Assembly: GCF_009914755.1 (NCBI RefSeq)
Contig: NC_060935.1
Length of the DNA: 64,000 nucleotides
Direction: 5' to 3' (one strand)
From: the human T2T-CHM13v2.0 reference genome, Homo sapiens
Positions 53,230 to 64,000 of this stretch are shown here, one piece after another. The notes below the pieces were generated by a model that was given only the letters and a program-made list of their open reading frames with translations, did no database searches and was not told the origin of the DNA. Both the position numbers and the translations under genes were made by a program. Every line of letters starts with the position of its first letter. The stretch's first letter is position 1.

Positions 53230-56080
53230 ATTAATTCAATTAATCAATTACTTATTCAAATATTTCCTATCACCTACTATGTGATCTAGGCTTTGATCTA
53301 TGCCTGGGGATACAAACGTGGTCAAAATAGATAAATACCCCTGTCCCCAAGGAGCAGACGTTCAAGTTGGGGACACAGACAAGAAATAAGGAAAATATAT
53401 AGCATGTCAGATGAAGCTTAGTGCTAGAAAGGAAATAAAGTGAGAGAACCGAAGATGGAAGGGTTGCAATTTTACATTTGTTGGTCAAGGAAGACCTCAC
53501 AGAGAAGATAATACTTGGACAAAAGTCTAAGGAAGTGAGGAAGCAAACCAAATACTTATCCAGGGAAAGGGCATTTTAAGCAAGTGCAAAGGCCCTGAGG
53601 CTGAACCAGCAAGGAGGCAGAGTGGATGGAACAGAGGGAGGGAATAGGGAGTGGGAGAGATGAGTCCAGAGAAGTAAAGATGTGCGTGAACCATGTAACA
53701 CATTGCAGGCCACTGGTCTGTAATCTACACACCACGGCAGGGGGCGGGGGAGGGGAGCGGGCGGGGCATGGAAGGATTTTGAGCAGAGCGGAGACACTGT
53801 CTAACATTTATAAAGGGTCACTCTGACTGCTATAAGGGGTAAGAGCAGAAGCAGGGAGACCAGATAGGAGGCTGTTGCCATTCATCCAGATGATGAAAGA
53901 CAGCAGTTTGGACCAGGGAGGTAGCTGTGGAGGTGATGAGATCTGTTTGGATTCTGAATACATTTTGAAGGCAGAACCAAGAGGATTGCTGATGGATTGG
54001 ATATTTAGGTATAAGAAAAGGAGGAGTCACTGATGACTCCAAGGTTTTTGACCTGAGCAGGTGGAAGATTGGAGTTGCCATTTACCAAAATGAGGTCAAG
54101 TGGGAGGAGCAGTGTTATGCTTTGAATTTTGGCCCCCCAGAAAGATACATTGAAGTCTTACCCCCCAGTACTTCAGAATGTGATCTTATTTGGAAATTGG
54201 GTCTTTGCAGATGTAGACAAGTTAAAATTAGGTCATTAGGGTAGACCCTAATCCAATATGACCGGTATCCTTCTAAAAATGGAAAGTTTGGACACAGAGA
54301 CCCACAGACAGGGACAGCACCAGGTAAGGACGGGTGTGATGCTGCCACCAGTCCAAGAACTATCAGGAGCTGGGAGAAGCCTGGAATGGGTGCTTCCCTA
54401 GCACCTTCAGAGGGAGCACAGCCCTGCTGACACCTTGATCTTTTAGCTTCCAGAACTGTAAGACAGTAAGTTTCTGTTTTTTCAAGCTGCTCAATTTGTA
54501 ACACTGTTGCAGCAGCCCTAGTAAACTAGCAGGTTTGGAGGACAGATCGGCACTTCATTTTTAGGCATCCAAGTAGAAATGTGAAATAACAACTGAGTAT
54601 GAGTCTGGAGTTCAGGGCTGGAGACACACATTTGAGTGTCATCTTATCTGCTATGAACTTATGACCATGGAATTGGATGAGATCACTTAGAAAAGATGTC
54701 CAAGGATTAGGCTCAGGGGCATTCCACCATTAAGAGAACAGGGAGTTAAAAGCAGTTGGTGAGGAAAGAAGGAAACTAGGAGAGGTCAAGTTCTGCAAGG
54801 TGAGTGAGGAAAATGTTTTGAGAAGTAAACAGTCATCAGCTCTGTCCAATGTCAACCATGAGTCAAGTTGGATGAAGACAAAAAATTCACCACTAGATTA
54901 AGCAATTTGGAGCTCTTGGCAATGGCAGTTTCAGAGGTGGGAGGGAAGTGTAATTAGAATGGGTTGAAGACAGAATGGGAGGAGAGGAATTGGAGGCACA
55001 AATGTGGACGACTCTTTTGACGAGTTTTGCTAAAGGGAGATGTGGGGTCGAGAGAACTTTTTTAAAGGTAGGGGAAATAACAGTATGTTTGATGCTGAGA
55101 GAAATGATGCAGCAGAGAGGGGGAAACTGATGATACAGGAGAGAGCAGGGAGAATGGCAGAGGGATGCCCTTGGAAATCTGGCAGGGGTGGGATCAGGTA
55201 CACTCATGGAGGGGCCAACCTTGCCCAGAAGCATGAGTAGTTTACCCTTGGTGACAAGAGAGAGGCCAGAAAACAGGCACCGATGCATGGGAGGGAGGGG
55301 GTAGATGTTGTGGTGGTGACACAGGAGGTGAAGTCACTGAGAGTGAGGAGAGGGAGGAGGCATTGAAGCTTTGGGGAGGGCAAAAGGAATGAAACAGCCA
55401 TGGAGAAAAAAGGGAGAGTGAAAGGAGTGGGAAAGTATGGGAGGGTGGATGTAGCACACAGAGCCTGCCTGAGCTGAAGTGAAAGCAGACAGATTAGGAT
55501 GTACTTTTCCCCAGCCATTCAGCTGCACAAATGTAAGCTCCAAGTCAACAGACAGTCGGGCTTTATCAGAATTGGGGTTTTGTTCCATGAATATAAAGAC
55601 ATGAGGAGCAAAGGAACTGAGGGGTATGCAAAAGAGTGGTTACAACGATGGACTTTAAGCTGGATAAGGATAAAAGGTGGGACTGGAGAAGGGCGGAAAG
55701 CACCAAAGGGTATTTGGATGGAAGGATTGTACGTGTCAATGGGGGAAGGATTGTTAGAGTCAGGGTACCAGAGCTTGTGAGCCAGAAGGATAAAAGTAGG
55801 GGTCAGAGAGTGGGCCCCTTAATATGCATCTCTTGGAAGAGGGAAGTTACTGACAATGACAAGGTCCAGGGTATGACCATGAGGTGAGTGGCTGGGGCAG
55901 GATGGAGAACAGGCACATTGGAGAAGAAGGTCAAAGAACTGAGACGTCAGGGTCCTGGCAGCATCATCGATACTGAAATCACCAAGAAATATGAGAGAGG
56001 TCAGAGCAAAGAGACAGTAAGCCAGGGGCTAAAATCTTGAAAGAATCAGAAGTCACCAGGGGTCATTAGGTAACTACATC
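53230..56080 (-). mobile_element. Long L2 (L2a-like) remnant, split by an MLT1
   Basis: Antisense L2 tail at 53230-53350, continuing as the purine-rich L2 body (GAAGCAGGGAGACCAG, GATGACTCCAAGGTTTTTGACCTGAGC, ACTGAAATCACCAAGA). Confidence 0.8.
54113..54527 (+). mobile_element. MLT1B/C solo LTR
   Basis: TGTTATGCTTTGAATT..CCCCAGTACTTCAGAATGTGATCTTATTTGGAAAT..GCAGCCCTAGTAAACT; TSD AGCAG at 54108 and 54528. Confidence 0.88.
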
Positions 56081-57224
56081 ACCTGATGACATAAGTTCCA
56101 CTGCTGGGGGAGCATAGCAGGGTGGGTGGGGCAGTGGCATTCTTTCCAGGAGCACCAGGAGTTCTGGGATCCCCAATCACTTCTGCCAAAGCTGATGTGG
56201 AGGGGCTTGTAGTTATATTATAAATATTATTATTATTATTACTACTACTGCAGTATCAGCCAACCTCCTTAACTATAAATAACCCAATCTACTAGTTCTT
56301 GTGAAAACACCCTATTTATTAAAGGATATAGGTAGCTCCCAGCAACTCAGAGGCTACGTCCAAAGCCACACAGTCAGGACTCATGCCCAATCTCACTGGG
56401 GGTGCTCTTCCGGGAATTCGCCCCCCTCCATTTGCCTGCTATGATGCTCAGGACTTGATGTCAGAAGCCACAACTGTCTTCAAAGAACCAAACTCCTCTA
56501 CCACTGCGCTGCCCAGAAAAATGATCCCCCTCTGCCTGAAGCTCCGCATACTGTCCACCCTCTAAACAAGTCTCTACAGATAAGCCTAATTGGCCAAACG
56601 TCAGTCACAAGCCAGCCGCAGCTGCAAGGGAGCTGAGATGCAAGTCTTCTGGCCCCTACCTTAGGAAGATTATCAAAATCTGTACGAATTACCCAGCCTA
56701 AGAAGGATGTTCAAAGATATTGGCAAAGCACAAATGTCAAATATTTATTGCATGATAATAATAAAGAATTTTTATTGTTATTATGTCTGATCTTTGCAAG
56801 AAAGAGATGGGGAGACCTCTGTGTAGCCACTTCAGCAGCAGAATCTCAGAGGAGGTTACTAACCTTCCAGCAGCAGTTGAGAACACTATTTCTATTGATC
56901 AGCGCCAAGGTCTCAATAAGCCACGTGCATGTTCTCAGATGGGCCTGAGCCTTCCCAGATAAGATCAGACTTGTTTAGAGCTCACTGCACAGCAAAGCAC
57001 ACTCTTGAATCTGGAAAGACAAGATGATAAAGGCTCCTATTTACTCAGCAGCTCCCATGTGCCAGCCACTGTAATCTTCTCTCGGCATGCATGATCTCAT
57101 TTAATCCTCAAGGCAACCCTGTGAGGAAGGTAGTAGGATTACCATATTACATTTAAGGAGACAGAAGCTTAAAGAAAATATTAGTAACTTGCTTGTGACC
57201 CCCATCCCCCCACCCCTAGCTGCA

Positions 57225-57335
57225 AGGTCACCATGTGCCTATGTGCAAGCCGTGCACTGCACAACTCCACAGTGCGTAACTGTACTCAATGTGAATGGCA
57301 CCACCTGGAGTTGTGCCGTGCACAACCTGTGTGCT
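57225..57335. mobile_element. MER91-like palindromic hAT MITE within a MIR
   Basis: GTGCACTGCACAACTCCA (57252-57269) / TGGAGTTGTGCCGTGCAC (57306-57323) inverted arms, plus GTGAATGGCACC. Confidence 0.7.
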
Positions 57336-57574
57336 TAAATAGATCATCTCTGCCTGCCTGATTCCAAAGTCCATTTTCCTCACAACCATATTACCAAGTC
57401 CAGTAATCAAAGTCTTTTAAGTAAGTGCTCCTTAAGGTCAGGGAAGATTTCTTCTTTGTATCCACAGAGAGTAGCACAACGCCTGGCACATAGCAGGTGC
57501 ACAATAAATGGCTGCAAGATTAAAGGCTATCAAAGCTGAACATGAATGTGCTCATCAACTCCTGAATCACTGGA

Positions 57575-57770
57575 TCTACAGAGGCACCACTTGAAGCCTG
57601 AAATAGGTAGTTTAAAACAAATGAAAGGAAGAACTACTGCTTTGCACAGCTGGTTGTCAGCTTATAAAACTCATTAACCCAAGAGGTGGTATAGGCAGCA
57701 AATACTAATGGACTCCAGGTGTGTCTAGGAAAGTTCAAGGCTTCTACAACCATAATGTACTATTAAGGAG
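57575..57770 (+). mobile_element. CR1/L3-type LINE 3' remnant
   Basis: TTTAAAACAAATGAAAGGAAGAACTAC..AAACTCATTAACCCAAGAGGTGGTATAGGC resembles the CR1 RT C-terminal region. Confidence 0.5.
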
Positions 57771-58689
57771 AGTAGCCAAGAAGGGGACTAACATTGTTTG
57801 AGCATCCACTATGTTCCAGGCATTGGGCTAGATGGAACACATTATTACTCTCTCCAAGTCTGTTTCCATCTATATAAAACAGATCTAATATTACCTACCC
57901 ATTGGGGGTTTAGTGATCATTAAGTCAAATCATGTATGTAAAGCACTTAGCACAAGTCTAGCACGGTGTTAATGCTCAACAAATGTTAACTATTATTGCT
58001 AGAAGTAATCATCATATTATTATTATTAACAAATAAAATTGTGTTTACATTTCACTAGTAGGAAACTATTGCACAAAATCTGCGTCTCATACTAGGAAAC
58101 CAGGTTCAATTTTCCCTTCATATGGACACTTCACTGATCAAGACTAAAAAACTAAGCTTCAGCTTTAGGGATTGCACATAAATAGAAAAATAATTTCATC
58201 ATGTTTCTTCCTTGTGATTTTCTACCAGGGTCATCTTTTGCTAAAGGAGCAATATACTGATAATTCCAGTTTCATGCCTACCACCTCCTCTAATTTCTAC
58301 CAGGTGCTTTCAGAAGACAGACACTTTGCCAGGCACTAAAAAATACATATTCAGATGAGACTTTTGCCTTCCTGTGTAGAGATTTTTGTGCAGTTTGTGG
58401 ATATTGTGGTACATGGACAAAATGAAAATAGATTAATATTACTAGAAGCCAGAACTTGGAGAAAATCATCTCTAATTTCCAGCTTAGTCATGCTTAGAAC
58501 CAACCTTCTTTCCTAAAAACCTGAGCATAGGCCCTTAGAGGCCTATCATCCTGTACTGTGAGTTTCTTGAAGGCGATGATCACTCAGTTATGTATCATTT
58601 CTTCTCTGGATCCATAGACCTCATCATAGTGTATGGTACAAGGTAGATTGTGCTACAGAGAGAGGGGGACAGAGGCAGAGACAGAAAAG

Positions 58690-58806
58690 ATGATGGATGG
58701 ACAGTGGAAAGATGTATAGATGGATGGATGAAGGAAACATGAATAGAAGATGGGTGGATGGATGAACAGTGGGAAGATGGATGGATGGATGGATGGATGG
58801 ATGGAT
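58690..58806 (+). repeat. Degenerate (GGAT)n tract
   Basis: GATG-rich, ending in pure GGAT units. Confidence 0.85.
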
Positions 58807-58824
58807 AAAATAACATAGTATAAT

Positions 58825-59025
58825 TAACATTAGCATAGGCTCTAAAGTGATATTAGGTTCCAAAACCAGCTCTGCCATTATTCAGCTATGTGGCCTTGAA
58901 AACGTTGCTTAATCCCTCCGGGCCTTAGTCCCCTTATCTGTAATATGAGGATGATCATAGTTCCTACCTTGTAAATTTGTTGCAAGTTTTTTTTAATTAG
59001 GTGAATACGTGTAAAGCACACAATA
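58825..59025 (+). mobile_element. MIR
   Basis: CCAGCTCTGCCA..AGCTATGTGGCCTTG..CTTATCTGTAATATGAGGATGAT..GTAAAGCAC. Confidence 0.8.
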
Positions 59026-59029
59026 CACA

Positions 59030-59650
59030 TGCACTTATCCATCAGCAAATGTTTATCAATTCTACTATGTGCCAGACACTGATCTAAGCACTGGGATTAC
59101 AATGTTAAAATAGGCAAAAATCACTGCCTTCATAGAGTTTACATTTTAATAGGGAAAACAGTTTAAACACAATAAATTAGACAATTATACTTACATTCTA
59201 AGTAGAAGGTGAGTGTTTTAAGGGGAAAATGAAACAGAGTAAGGGGTGGGGAAAGAGTTTACAATTTAAATCAAAGTAGGGTGATCCTCACAGAGACTAG
59301 GACATTTGAAAAACAACTCTAAGGAGTGAGGAAGGGAGCCATGGGGCTATCTGGAGGGAGAGCATTCCAGGCAGTGGAAACAGCTAGTGCAAAAGCTCTG
59401 AGGCAGAAGGGGCTGCTATATTTGCATTGCAGACAAGGCTGGTGTGGCTGGAGCAGTGGGAAAGAGCAGCAGAAGGTGAGTTCTGAGCGGGGATAGGAGG
59501 TCAGGTCCCATAGGGCACTAGAGGCCACTGGAAAGCTCTGGCTTTTTTTTTTTTCTGAATGAAATGAGAATCCCTTTGTAGAGTGCTGAGCTTCAGAGGG
59601 AGATGGTCTGACTCACCCTTTAACAAGGTTATTTGTGGCTATTGTACAAA
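59030..59650 (-). mobile_element. L2 fragment
   Basis: CAGCAAATGTTTAT..CTACTATGTGCCAGACACTG..AGAGCATTCCAGGCAG..GTGCAAAAGCTCTGAGGCAG. Confidence 0.8.
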
Positions 59651-60164
59651 GGGCCAGACACCTAATTTGAACACAATGGCAGCTGTTATGAATGCTTAGC
59701 AGAAACCGTTACCTTCTTGGGGGTCTTAGCAAAGCTGCTTGGCTTTCTAATTCCTTACGCCATCTGCTTTCATAGACTTAGCAAAGGGCTCTGCAGAGTT
59801 GAATAGAAGGAGGAAGTTGGCACTTCCAAGTAGAAGTTGGCACTGCAACTCTTCATGGATGGGTCACTGTCAAGCTGCTCCCTGGAGTGTAGGAGAATGG
59901 GCATGCTGTGAACAGGGGTTGTGCCACACAAGGGAGAGACTTTGAAATTGCTCCTAAGGGATGCTTCCGCCATAGCTGTTAGGCAGCCTCTCCTGAGCCA
60001 GAGGGATGAGCGCATCCTCCCAAGGTTGTTGGTGACAGCATTCACAAGGGTCTTTATACCACCCTGACATCTCCTCCTCCTCCTTTTCCTTCTTCATCAA
60101 CATCATGTTTATCACGTCTATGTCGTTATCTTTGTCAATATTATCACCACTATTATCACTATGT

Positions 60165-60370
60165 ATTTATCGCTGTGGCAAGCACTTCACATGCATTCAC
60201 TAACTTGCGCTCCACAATAGCTATGTGAGACCAGTACTATCAGCCCCGCTTCATCCAGGAAGAAACTGAGGCCTGAAAAGGTGAGTTAGCTTGCCCAGGG
60301 TCTCACAGCTGGTATGTGGCAGAGCAGGACTCTGAACACAGGCCATCTGGGTCCACGGCTGTTATGCTAC
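60165..60370 (-). mobile_element. MIR
   Basis: AGAAACTGAGGCCTGAAAAGGTGAGTTAGCTTGCCCAGGGTCTCACAGCTGGTATGTGGCAGAGC. Confidence 0.85.
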
Positions 60371-62211
60371 CTGCCTACAACTGGAGCCTGTTGTTCTTTT
60401 TCACTCGGCCTACCTGAAAAGGTTGCCAGTAAGCCCCTCGGGACACAGAACAGGAGGAATAGTAAGGCAGGGTGGAAAGGACAAACAGCCGAGTGAAAGG
60501 CAGACCTGGCATCTCACTCCAGCGAGCTTGACTACGAGGCAAAACTGGGTACGGATATCCATGCAGGTGTGAGCATGTGCAGATAGATGCATTTTTAAAA
60601 GGTAGATTTGGGTGTGGTTGTCAATATGGATCTGGCAGTAGACAAGGCTTACATGATGCTGGGAGGAGGACAGTGTTTGTGGTTTAGGGCACCAGCTCCA
60701 GGAGCAGATCCTAGCTCTGCCCTTCACCAACTGGGGGACCCTGGAGACCTTCATCTCTTTATGCTTCCATTTTCTCATCTATAAAATGAAAGTAATTACA
60801 GTACCTACCTCAAAGGCTTAAGAGAATTAAATGTGCTCAGGCACAATGTAATTGGAAAACCAACAAACAAATTATAAATTATAAAACAAGTAAAACCAGT
60901 ATCTGATACTCACACCAGACATGGCCATGGACTGGCCAGACTTTTAAAGGGAATTTGAGCTACAGATCAAACAGAAGGGACACCTTGGAAGCCTGGTACT
61001 GACCTTTGGAATTAAGAGTCATGAGACTAGGGGCATGTCTCAGGAGTGTCCACATCAGGGAAGGTTCCTGCAAACACCTGTTAGAGGTAGGCTCAGGCTT
61101 CTGCCCCACAGGAGCTCCCCGAGGCAAAGGAAAGGCTCCCAGTTATACTGCAACTTCCCGGAGCTGCCTCACTGTCCGCAGCTAGCCTGTCTAGCCAATG
61201 TTCATCCAGTGTGGCCGGGTCTGCCTTGGTGCCAGGTGGCTACAAAGCATCTTCTGGTCATGAGCTCTCATTTCCCTCACTCTGAGCATGGAGGAATAAG
61301 GTAAACAAAGCAGCCTCTTAGGGTCACCCCACCGTCTAGAGGAGAGCAACTGATCTCTGAGAGCAAGGGCTGTGTCTGCGGTGTTCCCCACTGGTTCCCC
61401 GGCACATAGCACAGTGCCTGACACAGAGCAGACATGCAATCTCTGTGGAAGAAAGGAATAAAGAAATGATGGAAGGGCTCCCTCTTATTCTCTCAATCTC
61501 TCTGTCTCTCTCTCCCCGCCTTTTTCTAAAAAAAAAAAAAGAAGGAATGGAAGGAAGGATGAACATGTTGAGCTTTTTAATAAATAATACCTTTGGTTTT
61601 TCACCTGACCAAACAAATTTGCCCACCCTGTGGGAAGTGGCACTGATTTTTCTGGTCAGGAAAGGAATATGAGGTATGCCTGGGGGATGGATATAGTCAT
61701 AAGGGCCTCCACCAGGAGGACGGCACCTTTCCATCACAAACACCATCCCAGCCCCTCCTTCGGGCAGATCCTGCCTCCTCAGGAGCTTCTCTAGAAGCCC
61801 TACCCCTGTCAGGTATAAATAAAACAAACCATGTTACTGCATGTGACTCCATCTGTTAATTAACAAATAAATCAGCCCCGTCTCACCAATTAAGAAAAGA
61901 TACCTGGGACTGCAAAATGTGACTTATTCCTCTCGGTGATAATGAAAGGTATTTGTCACAGGCCTTAAGGTGATGGGGGCTGCCCACCTCTCTTCCAGCC
62001 CCTGCCCTGTTCACACAGCCTTAATTCTCTCCCTAGGACCTGACAGAAGGCCCCAGACAGCAGCCATGCCGGGGCCTCACCTGCCACAGCTATCTCTGTA
62101 TGAGGCAGTGACCAAGACTGAAGCAGTTGGTCCAAACCGCTAAGGGCTACATTCCTCCAGCCCTCCACCTCTCAGGGGAGGACAGAAGCTGAGTCTAAGG
62201 ACCAAGAGTTA

Positions 62212-62390
62212 CAGTGGTATTTCTTACACAGAGGTCTGAGAACCATCTGCTCAGAATCACCGGAAGCTTGTGAACATGCAGATCCTCATGCCCTACACAA
62301 TCCCCTTGGATCTGGATCTCTGGGAGTGGGACCAGAATGTTGCAATTGTAACCTGCTCCCTGGGAGATTCTTACAGTTTGACAATCACTG
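62212..62390. mobile_element. MER5-type hAT-Charlie MITE
   Basis: CAGTGGT..CAGAATCACC..ATGCAGATCC..GGAGATTCTTA..AGTTTGACAATCACTG. Confidence 0.7.
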
Positions 62391-62467
62391 ATGAAAAACC
62401 TGTCTTTTCCTCTGCTTGGGAATTTAGATTTTCTTTTCTTTTCTCTGTTTTTGTTTTTTACATTGGC

Positions 62468-62492
62468 AAAAAAAAAAAAAAAAAAAAAAAAA
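62468..62492 (+). repeat. Poly(A)25 mononucleotide tract
   Basis: 25 consecutive A. Confidence 0.97.
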
Positions 62493-62593
62493 GATCGGGG
62501 CAGTGCCTGGCAAATGGCACTGGGTCATAGAAGGTCTATGATGGAAAGGACCCTAGGTCAACCCTCATTGTTCAGGTAAGGAGACAAGGCCCA

Positions 62594-63037
62594 TATTTCA
62601 GGTTAACTTCCTCCCCCTCTAAAAGATATGTTAAAGTGCAAACCTCCAGCATCTCAGAATGGGACCCTATTTGATTACAGGGTCATCAAATTAAAATGAG
62701 ATTATTAGGATGGGCCTTCATCCAATACGATAGGTGTCCTTACAAAAAGGGAAAATTTGGACACAGAGACAGACATGCACAGAGGGAAGACAATGTGAAG
62801 AGACACATGGCGAATGCCACGGGCAGATTGGAGTGATGCTGTCACAAGCCAAGGAATGTGGGGACTACCAGAAGAAGCAAGGAAGAACCCTCCCCTACAG
62901 GTTTCAGAGAACATGGCCCTCCCAAACACCTTGATTGCAGACATCTAGCCTCCAGAACCATGAAACAATACATCTCTGTTGTTCTAAGCCACCCAATTTG
63001 TGGTACTTTTTTACTGCAGCCCTAGCCAACTAATGCA
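62594..63037 (+). mobile_element. MLT1C/B solo LTR inserted in a MIR
   Basis: AAATTTGGACACAGAGACAGACATGCACAGAGGGAAGACAATGTGAAG..CTAAGCCACCCAATTTGTGGTAC..AACTAATGCA. Confidence 0.88.
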
Positions 63038-64000
63038 GCCATAAAGAAACATGGCTTGGTCAAGGCCATATAGCTAGACAGAGGCCAAGGCAGGGCGCTT
63101 AGACAAGTTCCTGACTCTCTTGGGGTTCCATTCTATCAGCCACACTGTTTTACAGTCTAAGTCTCCCCTTCCATCTCTACAAGGAATGACACCAATCCCT
63201 TTAGAAAGGCAGAGGACATGGCCATCTCCAAAGCATTCCTCCACGTGCACAAACAAGAGAGTGCCTGCTAGAGTGGTATAGTCCTGCAGTGTCCAACCCA
63301 CAGACTCCAGAATCCATCAGACAGCAAAGACCATCAGGCCAGGCAAACGACCACAGTGCAGCAGCCAAAGGGCTAAATGTGGGTGCTGTTTGCAGCTGCC
63401 ATGTACTCTTTGCTTCTAACCCTGTTGAAGTCCAAACTGGCAGTCAACAAACACACCAGGGACCTTTTATGAGGCTGCTTCAGAAAGGCAACATGGGGCA
63501 GGCTTCTCAGGCTGCCCAAGGAAGACTGCATTTGTGGGGGAAAGTGGGAGTTATTCCAGAATCCAGAAAGCTTCCCTTTCACCTTGTAGCATCAGTGAAG
63601 CCAGCTCCAAGGAGACAATGACAAGAACCACTAGAGACCCCACCCACTAGACAGCAACCTGTTAGTGTAAACCATCCTCATCCCCACTCACAGTTCCTTC
63701 CCTCCGAGGCCAGCCTCTGGCAAAGTCCAAAGCCTCTGACACCCACGGTATTTACCTCCACCCTTACACAGGAGGCGGGTTACGCCACAGTCATTGTAAA
63801 TTGCTTCACAAGCTTCTAATCCATAAGGCCTGGATTGGGTAGGAAGAAAAGTCTACTACCAGGATGGAGAATTCCATGTGGCTGAGGAATTCTGCATAAA
63901 ACAGCAAAGCAACACTCTTTAGAGCTCTTGTCCCTAGGTTTTGTTGTGGCTGATGGGAGGCAGATGCAGGATTTCTTAGTTCTCTAGGGAGATACCAGCT

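Overview
Primate, very probably human, non-coding euchromatic DNA: intergenic or deep intronic, moderate GC, CpG-depleted. I found no protein-coding gene, tRNA, rRNA, CpG island or CRISPR array. The ORF track is explained by Alu/LTR/MIR/L2 sequence and chance ORFs. I could not identify the locus. A large part of the window is interspersed repeat: 15 Alus, about 20 solo LTRs (13 of them between 14.7 and 30.1 kb), an L1M 3' end, a long L2, many MIR/L2 fragments and DNA-transposon MITEs (MER94, MER96, MER44, MER20, MADE1, MER91, MER5). Repeat-free blocks at about 1.5, 6, 10.9, 37-38, 40, 52 and 61.8 kb look like developmental enhancers. Main points of interest: (1) a 99-nt near-perfect inverted repeat not explained by any repeat I recognise (31392-31490); (2) an intact LTR7up-like HERV-H solo LTR 2.6 kb upstream of it; (3) a strong CTCF site 0.9 kb downstream of it; (4) an octamer array with 11-bp spacing; (5) a locally templated insertion that copies a MIR/DNA-transposon junction; (6) an AluY with a template-switch hairpin and an octamer-duplicating TSD. 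Repeat subfamily calls are by eye from remembered consensus sequences, and boundaries without TSDs are approximate. All functional statements are hypotheses; nothing here proves a new biological system.
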